Assembly (NCBI GenBank): GCA_951406725.2
Contig: OX597823.1
Span: forward strand, 3,968,001 to 4,032,000
Source of the DNA: Octopus vulgaris
Lineage: Eukaryota
DNA: 64,000 nt
Direction: 5' to 3'
Made by a program: the position numbers and the translations under genes. This document shows positions 51,284 to 64,000 of this stretch, piece after piece (within the stretch, counting starts at the first letter, position 1; each line of letters starts with the position of its first letter). The notes under the pieces were generated by a model. The model saw only the letters and a list, made by a program, of their open reading frames with translations. It searched no databases and was not told the origin of the DNA.

Positions 51284-52605
51284 CATCATCATCATCATCG
51301 TTTAACATCCATTGTCCTTGCTGGCATGGGCTGGATGGTTTGACCAGGCTGGCATGCTGGAAGGCTGCACCAGACTCCAGTCTGATTTGGCATGGTTTTC
51401 TATGGCTAAATGCCCTTCCTAATGCCAACCACTTCAAGAGTGTAATGGTGCTTTTACATGCCACCAGCATGGGTGCCAATTTGCGTGACGCCAGTATCTG
51501 CCACAACTGCAATTTTGCTTGGCTTGATGGGGCTTCATGGAGGCAATGACCAAGACAAAGGCCTTGGTCATTGCTTCTATGAGGCCCAACACTCGAAAGG
51601 AACTTAGCCACTTTGTCTCTGTGAGGCCCAACACTTGAAAGGTGTTCTTTGCATGCCACCAGTATGGGTGCAATTGGCTTGACGGGTCCTCTCAAGCACA
51701 GCACATTGTCAAAGGTCTTGGTCACCAGTCATTGCCTTTGTGAGGCTCAAAGTTTGAAGATCGTGCTTCACTACCTTGTCCCATATCTTTCTGGGTCTAC
51801 TTCTACGACAGGTTCTCTCCACTGTTAGAGATCAGCACATCTTTACACAGCTGTCCTTGTCCATACATATCACATGACCATACCAGCACAGTCGTCTCTC
51901 TTGCACACCACATTTGATGCCTCTTATGCCCAACTTTTCCCTCAAGATGCTTACTCTCTCCAACATGCACACTGACATTGCACATCCAGTGAAGCATACT
52001 GGCTTCATTTTTTCCAAGCCTACGCATGTCCTCGGCTCTCACAGCCCGTGCAGCATAGCTGTTCACACACAGGCATCAAACAATCTGCCTTTCACTCTGA
52101 GAGAGAGGCCCTTTGTTGCTAGCAGGGGTAGGAGCTCTCTGAACTTTGCCCAGCCTAATCTTATCCCCACAACTACACTCTTGCAGCATCAACCTCCACT
52201 ACTAACTTGGTCACCTAGATAACGGAAGCTATCTGCTACCTCTAGTTTGTTCCACTTGCAGTTGATGGAGTCCATTTTCTGTACATTTTCAGTGTTTATT
52301 GTACCTGTGCATCTTCCACACACAAAAGCTATTTTCCCTGTAAACCCTCCTCTAATATTGCTTCACCTTTTGTGTCCAAAGTTTACACCGGGTGCATCCT
52401 ATGGAATTCCTACCTACACCTTTTCTACAGATTGAGCAGGGCCATCTACCTGAAGGGATTTGTGATTTGTCTGCCTTCCTACTTACTAAGACTTAGATTT
52501 TTGCTTGGTTACTCTAAGGTCCTTTGATTCTAGACCTTGCTTCCATACTTGGAACTACTTCATTAGTTCAGGTAGTGATTCAGCTATAAGAGCAAGCTCA
52601 TCAAC
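51284..52605 (-). mobile_element. RTE-clade LINE 3' part with long 3' UTR and (ATG)n tail
   Basis: Minus-strand fragments EDMRRLGKNEASMLHWMCNVS, LREKLGIRGIKCGVQERRLCWYGHV and DELALIAESLPEL. The 3' end is the same CATCATCATCGTTTAAC tail found dispersed through the window. Confidence 0.85.
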
Positions 52606-52739
52606 TTCTATATAAATTAGTTATAAATTAGGCTAGCACCATAGTGGATAACGTAATTTACCTATTTGTACTTTTTGACAGCTAATCATTAAGCAATAAA
52701 TCAGACCTGAAATGTATTTAAACATAAAACTTCACTGTC

Positions 52740-53150
52740 ACCATCATCATCGTTTAACGTCTGCTTTCCCTGCTAGCATGGGTTGGACGATTTTGACTGA
52801 GGGCTGGCGAACCAGATGGTTGCACCAGTCTCCAATCTTGATCTGGCAGAGTTTCTCCAGCTGGATGCCCTTCCTAAAGCCAAACGCACGTGTGCGCACA
52901 TGGAAACATTAGCACTATATGTTATTAGATTTAATAAAAGTTGCCGGCTGGGACCATTAGGACACTGGACAAAAATGCTTGGAGGCATTGGATCTGTCTT
53001 TACATTCTGAGTTCAAATTCCACCAAGGTCATCTTTGCCTTTCATCCTTTTGGGGCTGATAACATAAGTACCAGTTAAGTACTGGGGTCAGTGTAATTGA
53101 ATTCCCCCTCCCCTCAAAAACTGCTAGCCCTGTGCCAAAATTTAAAACCA
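52740..53150. mobile_element. RTE-tail repeat (minus) and family A SINE (plus)
   Basis: Family motifs as above. Confidence 0.75.
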
Positions 53151-53834
53151 TTATTATGCTTAATAACATATGCAGAGAGTTTAGCTTTTTCTCGATTAGG
53201 TTTTGTGAGAGATGCTAATACTCTGTTGCAACGAGTTTAATAATTACATTAATTATAAAATAACTATCCTCAGGGTGTGTGTGTCTGCATGTCTTTCATT
53301 TGGATTGTGCTCGTTACTCCAGCTTACCATTGGCACACCTTATTTGTTATTATCATTATTATTAACTAATGTTATTGTTATTCGTGATTAATGTTATTAA
53401 AATTTAAAGAGGCCTGTTTGACGAGCAGAGATCCACATACATTCAGCCTGAATGATTTAATCTGCTTTTGTGACTGCATTTCTAATGAGTTGTAGACTGC
53501 CAAAGTATTTCAATTAATTCTTCTATATAATAAGGTCCCTGGAGGAATTGAGTGAAGTCATTTGTAACTCTAGATTGCGATATGCTGTCATTTGGTCCCA
53601 TGTCAACCTGGCTGGGGGTAAATCTAGAAACAGAACATTTTAGCTGCAACTACCCTACCCTACTCTTTTTCTTTTAAGTCATACTTTATCTAGGATGTAT
53701 TATTCACTATCTTTTAGTATGTATGTCACTTGAGGTGAATTAGGTTGTTATTTTTAGCAGTTCAAGAAAGTACCTACAGGTTCCTTTGTTGGTTTATGTC
53801 TATTAAGTTGGATTTTGATCTTGTATGAGTGACG

Positions 53835-54150
53835 GCATGTAGCTAAGTGGTTAGGGGTATTCAGCTTGCGATTACAAGGTAGTGAGTTCAATACCTGGTG
53901 GGGCATTGTGTCCTTGAGCAAGACACTCTATTTCACATTGCTCCAATCCACTCAGCGGATAAAAATGAGTTGTACCTGTATTTTCAAAGGTCCATCCTTG
54001 CCACACTTTGTGTCATGCTGAATCTCCCTGAGAACTGTGTTATGGGTATATGTGTCTGTGGAATACTCTGCCACTTGCACATTAATTCACAAGTGGGCTG
54101 TTCTGCTGATCAAATAAACTGGAACCCTCATCGTTGTGACCAGCAGATTA
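53835..54150 (+). mobile_element. tRNA-derived SINE family C
   Basis: GCTAAGTGGTTAGG...GAGTTCAATACC...GTGTCCTTGAGCAAGACAC. Confidence 0.8.
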
Positions 54151-55289
54151 CCAGTGAAGTTTGAGGGAAATTAGCCTGTTATTTTAAGCAGTTCACAAAG
54201 CTACATACAGGTTCCCTTGTTGGTGCTGATCTTGGATGACCTTTTTAGTTGAAATGAGTGATTTTGTTTAAGATTTAAATCTGACTCCTTTCATCTGAAT
54301 CTGCTTCAAACCACTCCTGGTCCTGTGATGTGAATTTACTGTTTTAAAGCAATCTAAAACTTACATTGAAATTTCACTTTGTTCCAAACGCCAGCTTAAT
54401 AAGGACAAACCTAGTTTAAGCTTAAAATGTGATTCAAGCAACGGCAATGTACTTTAGTAAATATGATAACGAAAGGGTTAAATATGAACACCTTACTACA
54501 TAGGATGGTCTCGGGTAGGTTTCTGAATCTAATGTCGCTGTCATACATTGGAATCTTGTTTAACAAGTATTGGGTTTAGCTGAGGTTTTAACTTTGCCTA
54601 CCACGTTCCACAATGTAGTTGAAGAGTTAACAAAACAAAGAGGTTCCTTGTTCTAATGTGTTGACTTCAAATATTTGTACATGTATTTTGGAATTTGACA
54701 GGGGGACAGAGAACAAACAGTCTTTCTAGGCTATTCTAGACATGGCTGGTGGGGGTTAAGTAGATGTAGTTGGTATGACAATATTGGTGGATGTTCAAGT
54801 TAAGACAAAATGCCTTTTAGTATTTACTACATCCTTTATATTTTTCAAGTTAGCTTTGCTTTTTATTTTGTATGAGGATTGAAATAAATTGCTTGTATTT
54901 CTACAATGCACAAAATATTTCAATTTTTTATATAAATCTTAATATTTAATCACAAAAATATGGTAGGATTTGTATTGATATACATGGAATGACTATAAGG
55001 GTCCAGGAGTGTAAAATAGGAATCAAAAGGGTCCTTAGGCAAAAAATGGTTGAGGTTTACTGGCAAGAGTTTCTACTACAGCTGGAGACACTTTCTCTCA
55101 CTAACCTTTACTTGTTTTCCAAGTAATGTATATTTTTCATTTCACTCATAGACACATTGAAAATTGGAACTATGGCACTTTTCATTTGTCTGAGATTATA
55201 AACAGACTCTGCTGTTATTCAAACTTACTGTCCTCCTTTCTCTGATGTTTTCTAGGACTACTAAAATAGCCTCTGCTCTCCCAGAGCTG

Positions 55290-56055
55290 GTTGGCTAATG
55301 CGACCACCAACCACTCGGGCATTTCTGATTCAATCACCTCTTCTCTTCACTGTTATGTCCCACCTTCCAGACCCTGCACTAAATACTACACCCAGTCCTT
55401 CCTAACCAGACTGTCAGCCTTTTGGAACTCCCTCCCTTTTCATGTCTTTCTTGCAGGTGTTGACTTTCAAAGATTCAGGAACAACATTAATGGCATCAAG
55501 CAAATTGGTCTAAGAGGACCTGTAAAAGCCATGAGCATTTCTCTTCTTTCAGACCTAACAAATAATGTTGTGTGTGTATGAGTAAAGGAGCAGTTGGACC
55601 CTTTATTAGCATCATGTGAGATACATTCTGAAAATTGGCTGGTCCTTGTGAACTTCGAACATAGAGGTTTTGAGGGGAACTAATGTCCCGAGCATTGAGG
55701 TAATGGAACACAAACACCATTTACGTTGGACCTTATTCAGATGAATGATTGGAGGATCCCTAAGCAGATGCTACATGGTGAACTTGTTTGTGGAAAGCAC
55801 CCCCAGCAGAAACCAAGACTATGATTTAAGGATTGTGAGGAGTTCATGTTGAAAGCATGTGAAATATGGGAGGTCAGTTGGGAAGCAATATTTGTTACTA
55901 GCACCAGTGGAGGAAAATAAGTATAGAAAGGAGTGGACGTTTTTGCAAAAACAGACTGGGGCCTGGTGCAGCATTCTGGCTTCCCAGATCCTGGTCGAAC
56001 CGTCCAACCCATGCTAGCATGGAAAACGAACGTTAAATGATGATGATGATGATGC
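55290..56055 (+). mobile_element. Old LINE fragments (CR1/L2-like 3' end, RTE-like fragment) and RTE-tail repeat
   Basis: TKYYTQSFLTRLSAFWNSLP (55291 ORF); RIPKQMLHGELVCGKHPQQKP at about 55755-55815; tail ending TTAAATGATGATG. Confidence 0.65.
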
Positions 56056-57419
56056 ATTTCTCATGTAGAATTTAAACAAGCTGCTCTAAAACATTGCAGT
56101 GAATGGGGGGGAGCTTGGTTTCCAATATCTGCGAGCGTGTATGTTTATCAGGAGCTGGGCTTATTTGTCACCAACAATCACGAGTGGTCAGCCATCACAC
56201 ACACACACGTGTGTGTGTGTGTGTAGATAGATATAATGTCTCTTGCTCCCATAATTCACATCTACATATGATGGTCTGGCCAGTGTAAGCGTCCATGAAT
56301 TAACATTTCATTATCAAATACGCACTTCATTGCATCAAATCAATATTCCTTAGATGTATTCGGGGCTAAACACTAATGTTTTCACTATAAATAAGTTTAA
56401 AACTGCTCAACAAACAGGTCTATTATTTATCTATCTACAGTGTTGACATTAATAACAACTGGCATTATTTATTTACCTATTTCGCTATTTTACACCCAGT
56501 TTTACTTGCTTACAGAAGTCGGATGTTGGAGTAAATGTTATTTACTGAAGGATGTCCTTTGTTCTGCTAAATACTCAACCATGAAATAAATGTGATTTAT
56601 TTCTGTCGGTCAGGCAAATTAGCCCAAGTGTTGTTGCTTGACCCCAGGCCAGTCTGGATCAAGCTGACCCATGATCAAAAGCATTCAGTTTTGACCATTC
56701 TTACTGTACGTAATTGATTACGTTCAATGATGTATCTAAAATTGATAGGTGTCACTTAAAGATTTAGTTGCTATTTTTAGCAGATCAAACAACTATACAG
56801 AAGGTCTCTTGTTGATTGAAGCAAGAGATATGTCTTTCTTAGTGGCTCAAAACCAGCATCTGTTAAATCTCTTCCTATGTCTTCCTGTTTTTTAATTAAT
56901 AACGTAGGTCTATCATGAACCCCTAGGACTCATAAAACCAGAATTTAAACTGGTTTCCATGGTGTGTAAGTGATTGAGATTACAATATTCCCCCATGGAC
57001 AAGATGCTAGTCCATCACAGGGTTAACTTCCTAATTATCACTGGGACTTGTTTACAGCTGAGTTAGCTGCAGCAATGTGAAATGAAGCGTTTTGATCAAG
57101 AACTCAACACACCACCCACTGCAGGAATTGAAACTATGATTGTAAGATTGTGAGTGCAACACCCTAACCACAAGGCCATGCACCTTCTTAATTACTAATA
57201 ATGAAAAATATCTGAGGCATATTTGAGGGAACTTGGCTCATGCTAGCATGGAAAACGGATGCTAAACGATGATAATAAAATTTTCTACAATTCAATTGTT
57301 TTACCTTTTTTTGTTGTGGCCCCTAAAAAAATCTAGGTTTTGGATCTGGCTCTTTTATTAAAAAAAGGTTTGAGAATTACTGATAAAGAGACTTCATAAT
57401 TGACTCTTCTTTTTCATTA

Positions 57420-57612
57420 TCTATTTCTTTACTACCCACATGGGGCTAAACACAGAGGGGACAAACAAGGACAGACAAACGAATTAAGTTGATTACATTG
57501 ACCCCAGTGCGTAACTGGTACTTAATTTATCGACCCCAAAAGGATGAAATATGATGAAATATGGCTACGCATTTCGCTCGGTGTGCTAACGTTTCTGCCA
57601 GCTCGTCGCCTT
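57420..57612 (-). mobile_element. Family A SINE with internal deletion
   Basis: Reverse complement of the family A head and tail; B-box region missing. Confidence 0.8.
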
Positions 57613-60109
57613 GTTTCCTTTTCCTTTTCATTATCACCATCATCATCATTGCTACCCTCATCATCTTTTAATGACCATCTTCCATGCTGGCATGGGTGAG
57701 ATGGCTCAACAGGTCTGATAGGTCCAAGGAGTGTAGTGTGTGAGAGGCCAGAACAGGTTTCTTGCTGTAGAGAAGCTGCATTATTTAACTGAAACAACCA
57801 GCAGGCACCATTAATAACGATGACGTACATCCATTCCAATAGTCTGGCATTAAGTGTTGTCCCTATTTTCATAAATTATCCATCTTTGCCAGAGTCTATT
57901 TATCACATTTAGTTTGCAGGCTCCCATTGCTATTAAGCTAATGGGTTTTTTGTGATAGGGTTTCAAGATGTTTCATCTGGATGCATCGCAATGTGAAGGT
58001 CATTCAGTGAGATTTTCATAGCTGTAGAATGTAAGTAAACCTACTTGAAATGATATTACAATGTGTGTTTGTGTGTGTGTATTATGTATATGGTAGGGTG
58101 AAGTGCTGGCCAGTATTGCTTGTGTATCATATGTTAATAACTTGACCTTGATTTTGGAATTGTGCCAAATATGCTTATCTACCTCTCACCATCATTATGA
58201 CACAAAACATATTTATGCTTTATATTTAATTGTCATTACTGACATTATTAGTGCCATTGTGACAAATACAATTTATGGGACAAGAGGAGTTGATATTTTC
58301 TTCAAATGGCTTTGTGAGTGTGTGTGTGTGTGTGTTACTTGAAGTGTTTCCAGCCCAACAGTTGTAAATAGTTTAACCGTGAGACCAATTTTTTCTCTCC
58401 CTGCCAACCTCGATTTGATCTATACTACTTTGTGTCCATAGAGACTATTTTTTTTTTTACTATCTCTAGGTGAAAGAAACATTTATAGAAGGGTGTACTC
58501 AGTTGAACCAAATCTAGCAGTACTTCATTAGTACTCTCTGGATCCCAGAACTGAATTCCGGTTATCTTTTTATATCACTAGAACAGTTTTTTTTTAATGC
58601 ATAAATACATATGCAGCAATGTGTGTGCGTATATTATTTTAGAGGCTGTTGGTGCCTGCATAACATTTCGTAAGGACTGCAACACACTTGAGAATCACTT
58701 TTATATGAGTCTCGTGTTGTCAGTAAGTGATACTGATAGTGGTTGTGATGGTATTTAATAACTATGACAGTTAAGGAAGTAGTAGGGGTTATTGCAGGAT
58801 GAGTGGTAGTAGTAGTAGTAGAATAATAGTATTAATATTAGTAGTAAGTAGTAGTGGTACTGAAGGTACTGAACCCTGTGATCTCACCAATCTTGGATGG
58901 CATGGATTCTGTTCTTTCCATCCTGACTGAAATAATAAATAAAAATCGATTTCCACAATGGCAAAATAGACAGTTATCAAATAGCTTTACCCCAGGATGG
59001 CTGATCTGGAATTTCTGTACCCAACTCCTCTTCTTTATCTTCTCTGTTTAACTTTACAATGTTCAATGTGGTTCAGATTCCATGTCTGTTCTTGTTTCCC
59101 ACTTTTACAGTCTCTAGTCTGGCTGAATATACCTATATTTGTATAATTAGAAATAGCATTACGATTAGATTAACATGATTGTCACACCGACCTTCACTGC
59201 TACTATAATTAACACCACTGTTACTATTAATACTGCCACTAAGCCTTACTGTAACTACTATTACTACCTCTTTAACAGTCATAATCGTTATCATCCTCAC
59301 TATACCACTGTTACAAACATAACTACCTCTGCTGCCATGGCAACCATTATCCATACTCATTCACAAAATGGGACTCATTTGAAAGCAAGTTTCAAATGTG
59401 TGCTATGCTTACAGTAAGAAGCCTGTTCTGTTCTGGCCCCTTCTTTCATGCTTTAACCCCTCATCTCCTAGCATAAGGCACCTCGCTCTCTTCTTTGGAG
59501 TTCATAGTTCTCTGAGCTGCATGTGCATAGCAACTTAACAAGTGCTGGTGTCGTGAAAAAAGCACCCAGCACACTCTGAAAAGTGGTTGGCATCAGGAAA
59601 GGCATCCAGCTGTAGAAATCATGCCAAAGCAGACACTGGAACACTACATAGTCCTTGGTCTCTTCAGTTCCTTTCAAGCTGCCCACCCTAAGCCAGCATG
59701 GACATTCACTGACATTCATGACAATGAAATGAAAAAAATTGGTGAATTACTTTTAAATGTTTATAAAAAAGATAGAAATATGTTGTAAAACAACTTCAAA
59801 ACGATTAACCAACTGCGAAGGAAAAAGAGAAATCAAAAGTATAAAATAGTGAAATGTTATATGTAAATATTTCCTTCATTTCTTTGAAACTGTAATTGCT
59901 ACGAATCTATTGTCCTGGCAGTGTATGTTAGACTGGCGAGTGGAGGTAACAAAGAAAGGAATCTGGGTTTCAAGATGGAGACATGAAAATAGAAGTGATT
60001 GTAATGAAAATTGTTTTAAGATAGTGTTTAAAATGTAAATATAAAGCAACGTTTTAAATACAATTGGAATTAAGGTTTTACTGTAATCTTAGCTTACTAT
60101 AAAAGGTTG

Positions 60110-60308
60110 TTTAACCCTTTCACATTCAAATATAATGCTTATTCACGTTGTTTTGAATTAATCCTGTATTATCTTATAGCTTCAAGATTTCAGTGATGTG
60201 ATTGTTTATTTTTAGAAATAACATTGCAGGGTAGGTGTGAAAGGCCATATCTAACCAGTTTCCACATAGAACAGAATATTTAGTCTGAATCGAATGCTAA
60301 AGCATTAA
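60110..60308. mobile_element. piggyBac-like MITE (TTAA CCCTTT termini)
   Basis: TTAACCCTTTCACATTC...GAATGCTAAAGCATTAA; AGGGTTAA ends recur near 12170, 54480, 61243, 63546 and 63696. Confidence 0.55.
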
Positions 60309-60338
60309 AGATTTGGTTTTATTTATATATATATATGT

Positions 60339-60642
60339 GGAGGCACAATGGCCCAGTGGTTAGGGCAGCGGACTTGTGGCCGGAGGATCGCGGTTTCAAT
60401 TCCCAGACTTGGCGTTGTGTGTATTTATTGAGCGAAAACACCCAAAAGCTCCACGAGGCTCCGGCAGGGGTTGGTGGTGACTCCTATTGTACTCTTTCAC
60501 CACAACTTTCTCTCACTCTCTCTTCCTGTTTCTTGAGTAACGCTGTGATGGACTGGCATCCTGTCCAGCTGGGAGGAACATATACGCCACAGAAAGTGGG
60601 AAACCGGGCCCATGAGCCTGGCTAGGCTTGAAAAGGGCAATG
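60339..60642 (+). mobile_element. tRNA-derived SINE with V-SINE-like central motif, inserted in (TA)n
   Basis: A-box TGGCCCAGTGGTTAGG, B-box GGTTTCAATTCC, central GATGGACTGGCATCCTGTCCAG; TTTATATATATATAT on both sides. Confidence 0.7.
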
Positions 60643-61377
60643 TTTATATATATATATATATATATATAAATAGAAAGAGAGGTCCATTTAAGATCAATAT
60701 TTATGAAACGTATATACAGCAAATTTCTGCATTGTTTCCATTTGCCAAGTTCCACTCTCTTGAATTGCCTAAGGTGCCATGCAGTTAGAATGAGCCTGAA
60801 ACCATTTAGTTGTGAGGCAAACTTCTTAACAACTGTGCAAGTTGCAAGGAAGAAACTTTGAGCAACTTCTGCATTATTAACTTTTTGTTACTAGATTTCT
60901 TTTGAAATCTGCTGCCTTTATTGCAATTAATTTTGAAAATAATAAAGAATTTAGCAGACTAACTTCATTATTAAACTGTTGTTTCAGACATAAATTAATG
61001 AGATTTTGATGGAAGGTTTTTAACTCAAGTCACCAACGTACCGGAGACCATTCATGGTTCCATGAGTCAAACTTCCTCTTTTAAAGTGATCTAAATTAAA
61101 AACCTCCATCAAAATTTCAGGTTAATTTATGTTCAGAACACCAGCTTAATAATGGAAAAATTATTTACCTAATTCTTTATTTTCTCAATCAATTGAAACA
61201 AACACACCATATTACCACAGAAATATGGTGACAAAAGGGTTAAAACAGAAAGTTTGTACCAAAGAACCAGGGCCATTTTGGGAGGGTTGGTATCAAAAGG
61301 TTTAAGTTAAGAAACAAAACTTCATGTTGTGGTCTCATTTATTAAATGTTTTAGCATAAAGTCCTGAAATATCTTAA

Positions 61378-61562
61378 TCATCATCATCATCATCATTTAG
61401 CGTTCGTTTTCCATGCTAGCATGGGTTGGACGGTTTAACTGGGGTCTGTGAAGCCGGAAGGCTTCATCAGGCCCAGTCAGATTTGGCAGTGTTTCTACAG
61501 CTGGATGCCCTTCCTAACACCAACCACTCCGCGAGTGTAGTGGGTGTTTTTTACATGCCACC
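61378..61562 (-). mobile_element. RTE-tail repeat
   Basis: Closely similar to 23028-23215. Confidence 0.8.
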
Positions 61563-62939
61563 ATCTTAATCATTTAATATTAGTTAATTTGATAAATCTT
61601 GTGTGTTTAAGCCAGGTAGATTGCTTGATTTTTGTTTACCTGGTTGAAAGTAGCTATCATAGTGTTTTCACTTTATTGGCAGTGTTGACATTTGGAGGGA
61701 ACAGCTGTGAAACCCTTTTAGAATTTACATTTACATTATCTATATCAATCTCATTACGTTTCAAATTGATTTATCTCCAATCATTGTTGGGTATTTTATT
61801 CCCGGATGTGCGCAATCCCAGGCTGGACTAGATTCAAGCATTATCGGCCAACCAGGAACAAAGCCTAACATTTTGAACAAGCTGTTCAAAATGTAATTAG
61901 GCACTTTAAACGATGAAGTTAATTATATTATAATTTTGCAGGCTTTTAATAATTCATCTTTAGACATTTAGCAAACACATATTTCAACAATTTAAAGCTG
62001 TATCGAAATAGGTAGCCATTTTGTTGTAATATTGTTTCTCTCTTAATGGTGCAAAAGTGAGCTCTGTCCAATAAAAGGGCAGGTTTCCCAGTTGGCTGGT
62101 GCAGGGGTTCTGAAAGCGAGAAATATGTTGTGAGTGGGTATCTGCATATGTTTGGTGTGTGTGTTTGTGCATGTGTTTGGCATCTGTGTATATGCATGCA
62201 TGTTGTGTGTATGCAAATGCAGTGCATGTGCAGTGGGTGGATGTGCATGCATGTGCATATGTGGTTGCGTGCATTTGTGTATGTACCATTTATACATACA
62301 TACACACACACACACCTAACATTGACCTCAATTACATATTTACCCTTCATCAAAGATTCCCTTTTGTTCAAAGACTCCAAAGTGGAAACCCAGTTTAAAC
62401 AATACTATTTTTATGACCCTTTCCTAACCCTTTCACCGTTAACAAGACAGAATTCCCCACCAGCTTGGCCCTTCTTCACGAAAATCAGTCGGGTTGTTTC
62501 TTTATTGATTAGTATTACTGTGAAGGAGGATTATTAGGAAAATAGTAATACTAACACTACTAATCAATAAGCAATAAGTCAGCTCTTGTGACCGAGCAGG
62601 ACATTGTATGATTGGCTGGCGTATTTTGATGTGTGTGTGTGTGTGCTTGTTGCTGTGTGCGTGCGCATATGTTTGTTATTGTGTGTGTATGTGTGTGCTT
62701 GTTATTTTGTGTGTTGTGTGTATGTGTGCTTGTTGCTGTGTGCATGCGCACGTTTGTTATTGTGTATGTGTGTGTATTTGTTAATGTTGTTTGTATTTGT
62801 TATTGTGTGTGTGTTCATGTAATGTGAGTGAGAAAGTCGTGTAAATAAGTTCATGTGCTTGAGAGTATGTAAGAGAAAACCTGTTCGTGTGTAGAAGTGT
62901 TTGAAGTAATGTATATCATTCCATGTGTTCTTAAGAGGT

Positions 62940-62979
<40 letters not shown>

Positions 62980-64000
62980 ATTGGTCATGTGACAGACACC
63001 ATGACACTCTACCTTTTAACAAATGTGGTCATGGTGGGAGAAAATCCTGGTAAAAGAAGTAGAATAGGAAAATATTAAATGGAATGGTTAAACTAGATTG
63101 AAGAATGGATAAGGAGGGGGGAAAGCAGCACAGAAAATTGGTCAGAGACCAGGGCAGATGGAGAAGTAGAGTTGGTTGTGTTTCTTTTGCTCTGTACACA
63201 CAAACCTGTCTGAATTATAGAATTGGGTTGATTGATGATGTGTGGCTGAATCAGACCATTGCAAATGGTCATTAACAAAAAATTATTTTAAAACTGTTTG
63301 ATTCCATTCCATCTGAGACCACCCAGCCTTTCAGCATTCACATTATTCTATCAAAAGTAATGCTCATTTATTCACATTGTTTTGCATGAATCATGTGTTC
63401 TTGTAGCTTTGAGATTTTGATGAGGCAATTGTTAATTTTTGGAATGATATTGTAGGGTTGTGTGAGAGGCCAGATCTAGTCAGTTTAAGCATAAAACTGT
63501 GAGAATATTTTTGCAGGGTGGGGCCAGTATAAATACTAAGGGTTAAATGAATCCTTCCTTCAAAATTTCATTTCCAATTTATGTTCCAAACGCTAGCAAA
63601 ATTGTGACAGTTATTTTGCTAAATCTTCATTATTTTCAAAATTAATTGAAACAAACACAATGTATTTCAACAGAAATATGGTACCAGAAGGGTTAAATAG
63701 CAAATTTAACTCTCCTCTCTTCCTGCTTTCATACGTAATATTCTAAGATGTAATTTTTTTCATATTTCATTGACGAGAGGACTGAACAAAAGCAAAAACA
63801 GTCACTTGTTGGTTATCATCAACAATACACAGATACATGCATTGTACTTTCTTCATTTTTGTTCATACATATGAACACAATACATACATATATGCATACC
63901 CTTACACATTCACATACACACTGTGCTTCAAACACACACACACACACACACACATGTATACAGGATCATGAATACACATATGTACTCATGTCAATACACA

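Larger units (their letters stand above)
39481..64000 (+). other. Large intron of the spectraplakin gene (next CH1 exon not found in window)
   Basis: Donor at 39481. I found no DL(Y/F)EDLRDGHNL-type exon downstream; the region is SINE/LINE/microsatellite rich. A micro-exon could have been missed. Confidence 0.65.

Noticed and set aside
50943-51725. 260-aa minus-strand ORF, the longest in the track
   Set aside because: Runs through the RTE 3' UTR repeats, the (GAT)n tail and microsatellite; no domain.
60339-60410. tRNA gene (also SINE heads at 20775-21090 and 53835)
   Set aside because: A/B boxes are present, but no full cloverleaf and each continues into a SINE body.

Overview
AT-rich, repeat-dense eukaryotic DNA. 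The SINE families, microsatellite load and gene content suggest a coleoid cephalopod, probably Octopus (inference). Most ORF-track entries are microsatellite or repeat artefacts. The one clear host gene is missed by the ORF track: the 5' end of a spectraplakin (dystonin/MACF1/plectin/Shot family) on the + strand. It has a 62-nt exon at 39419-39480 encoding the start of the CH1 actin-binding domain ([21 protein letters not shown]). Two phase-1 alternative first coding exons feed it (37309-37408 and 39150-39228), each resembling a different vertebrate plakin N-terminal isoform, and a third possible one lies at 18822-18894. From 39481 to the window end looks like one large intron. The rest is transposon-derived: tRNA-SINEs (some in tandem arrays or nested), RTE/CR1/Tx1 LINE fragments, a stack of R4/Dong-like RLE retrotransposons in (TAA)n, a non-autonomous Helitron and MITEs. 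There are also two long palindromes, one centred on a degenerate Penelope-type hammerhead ribozyme. I see no solid evidence for a wholly new biological system; the best leads are the findings below. Repeat boundaries are approximate.
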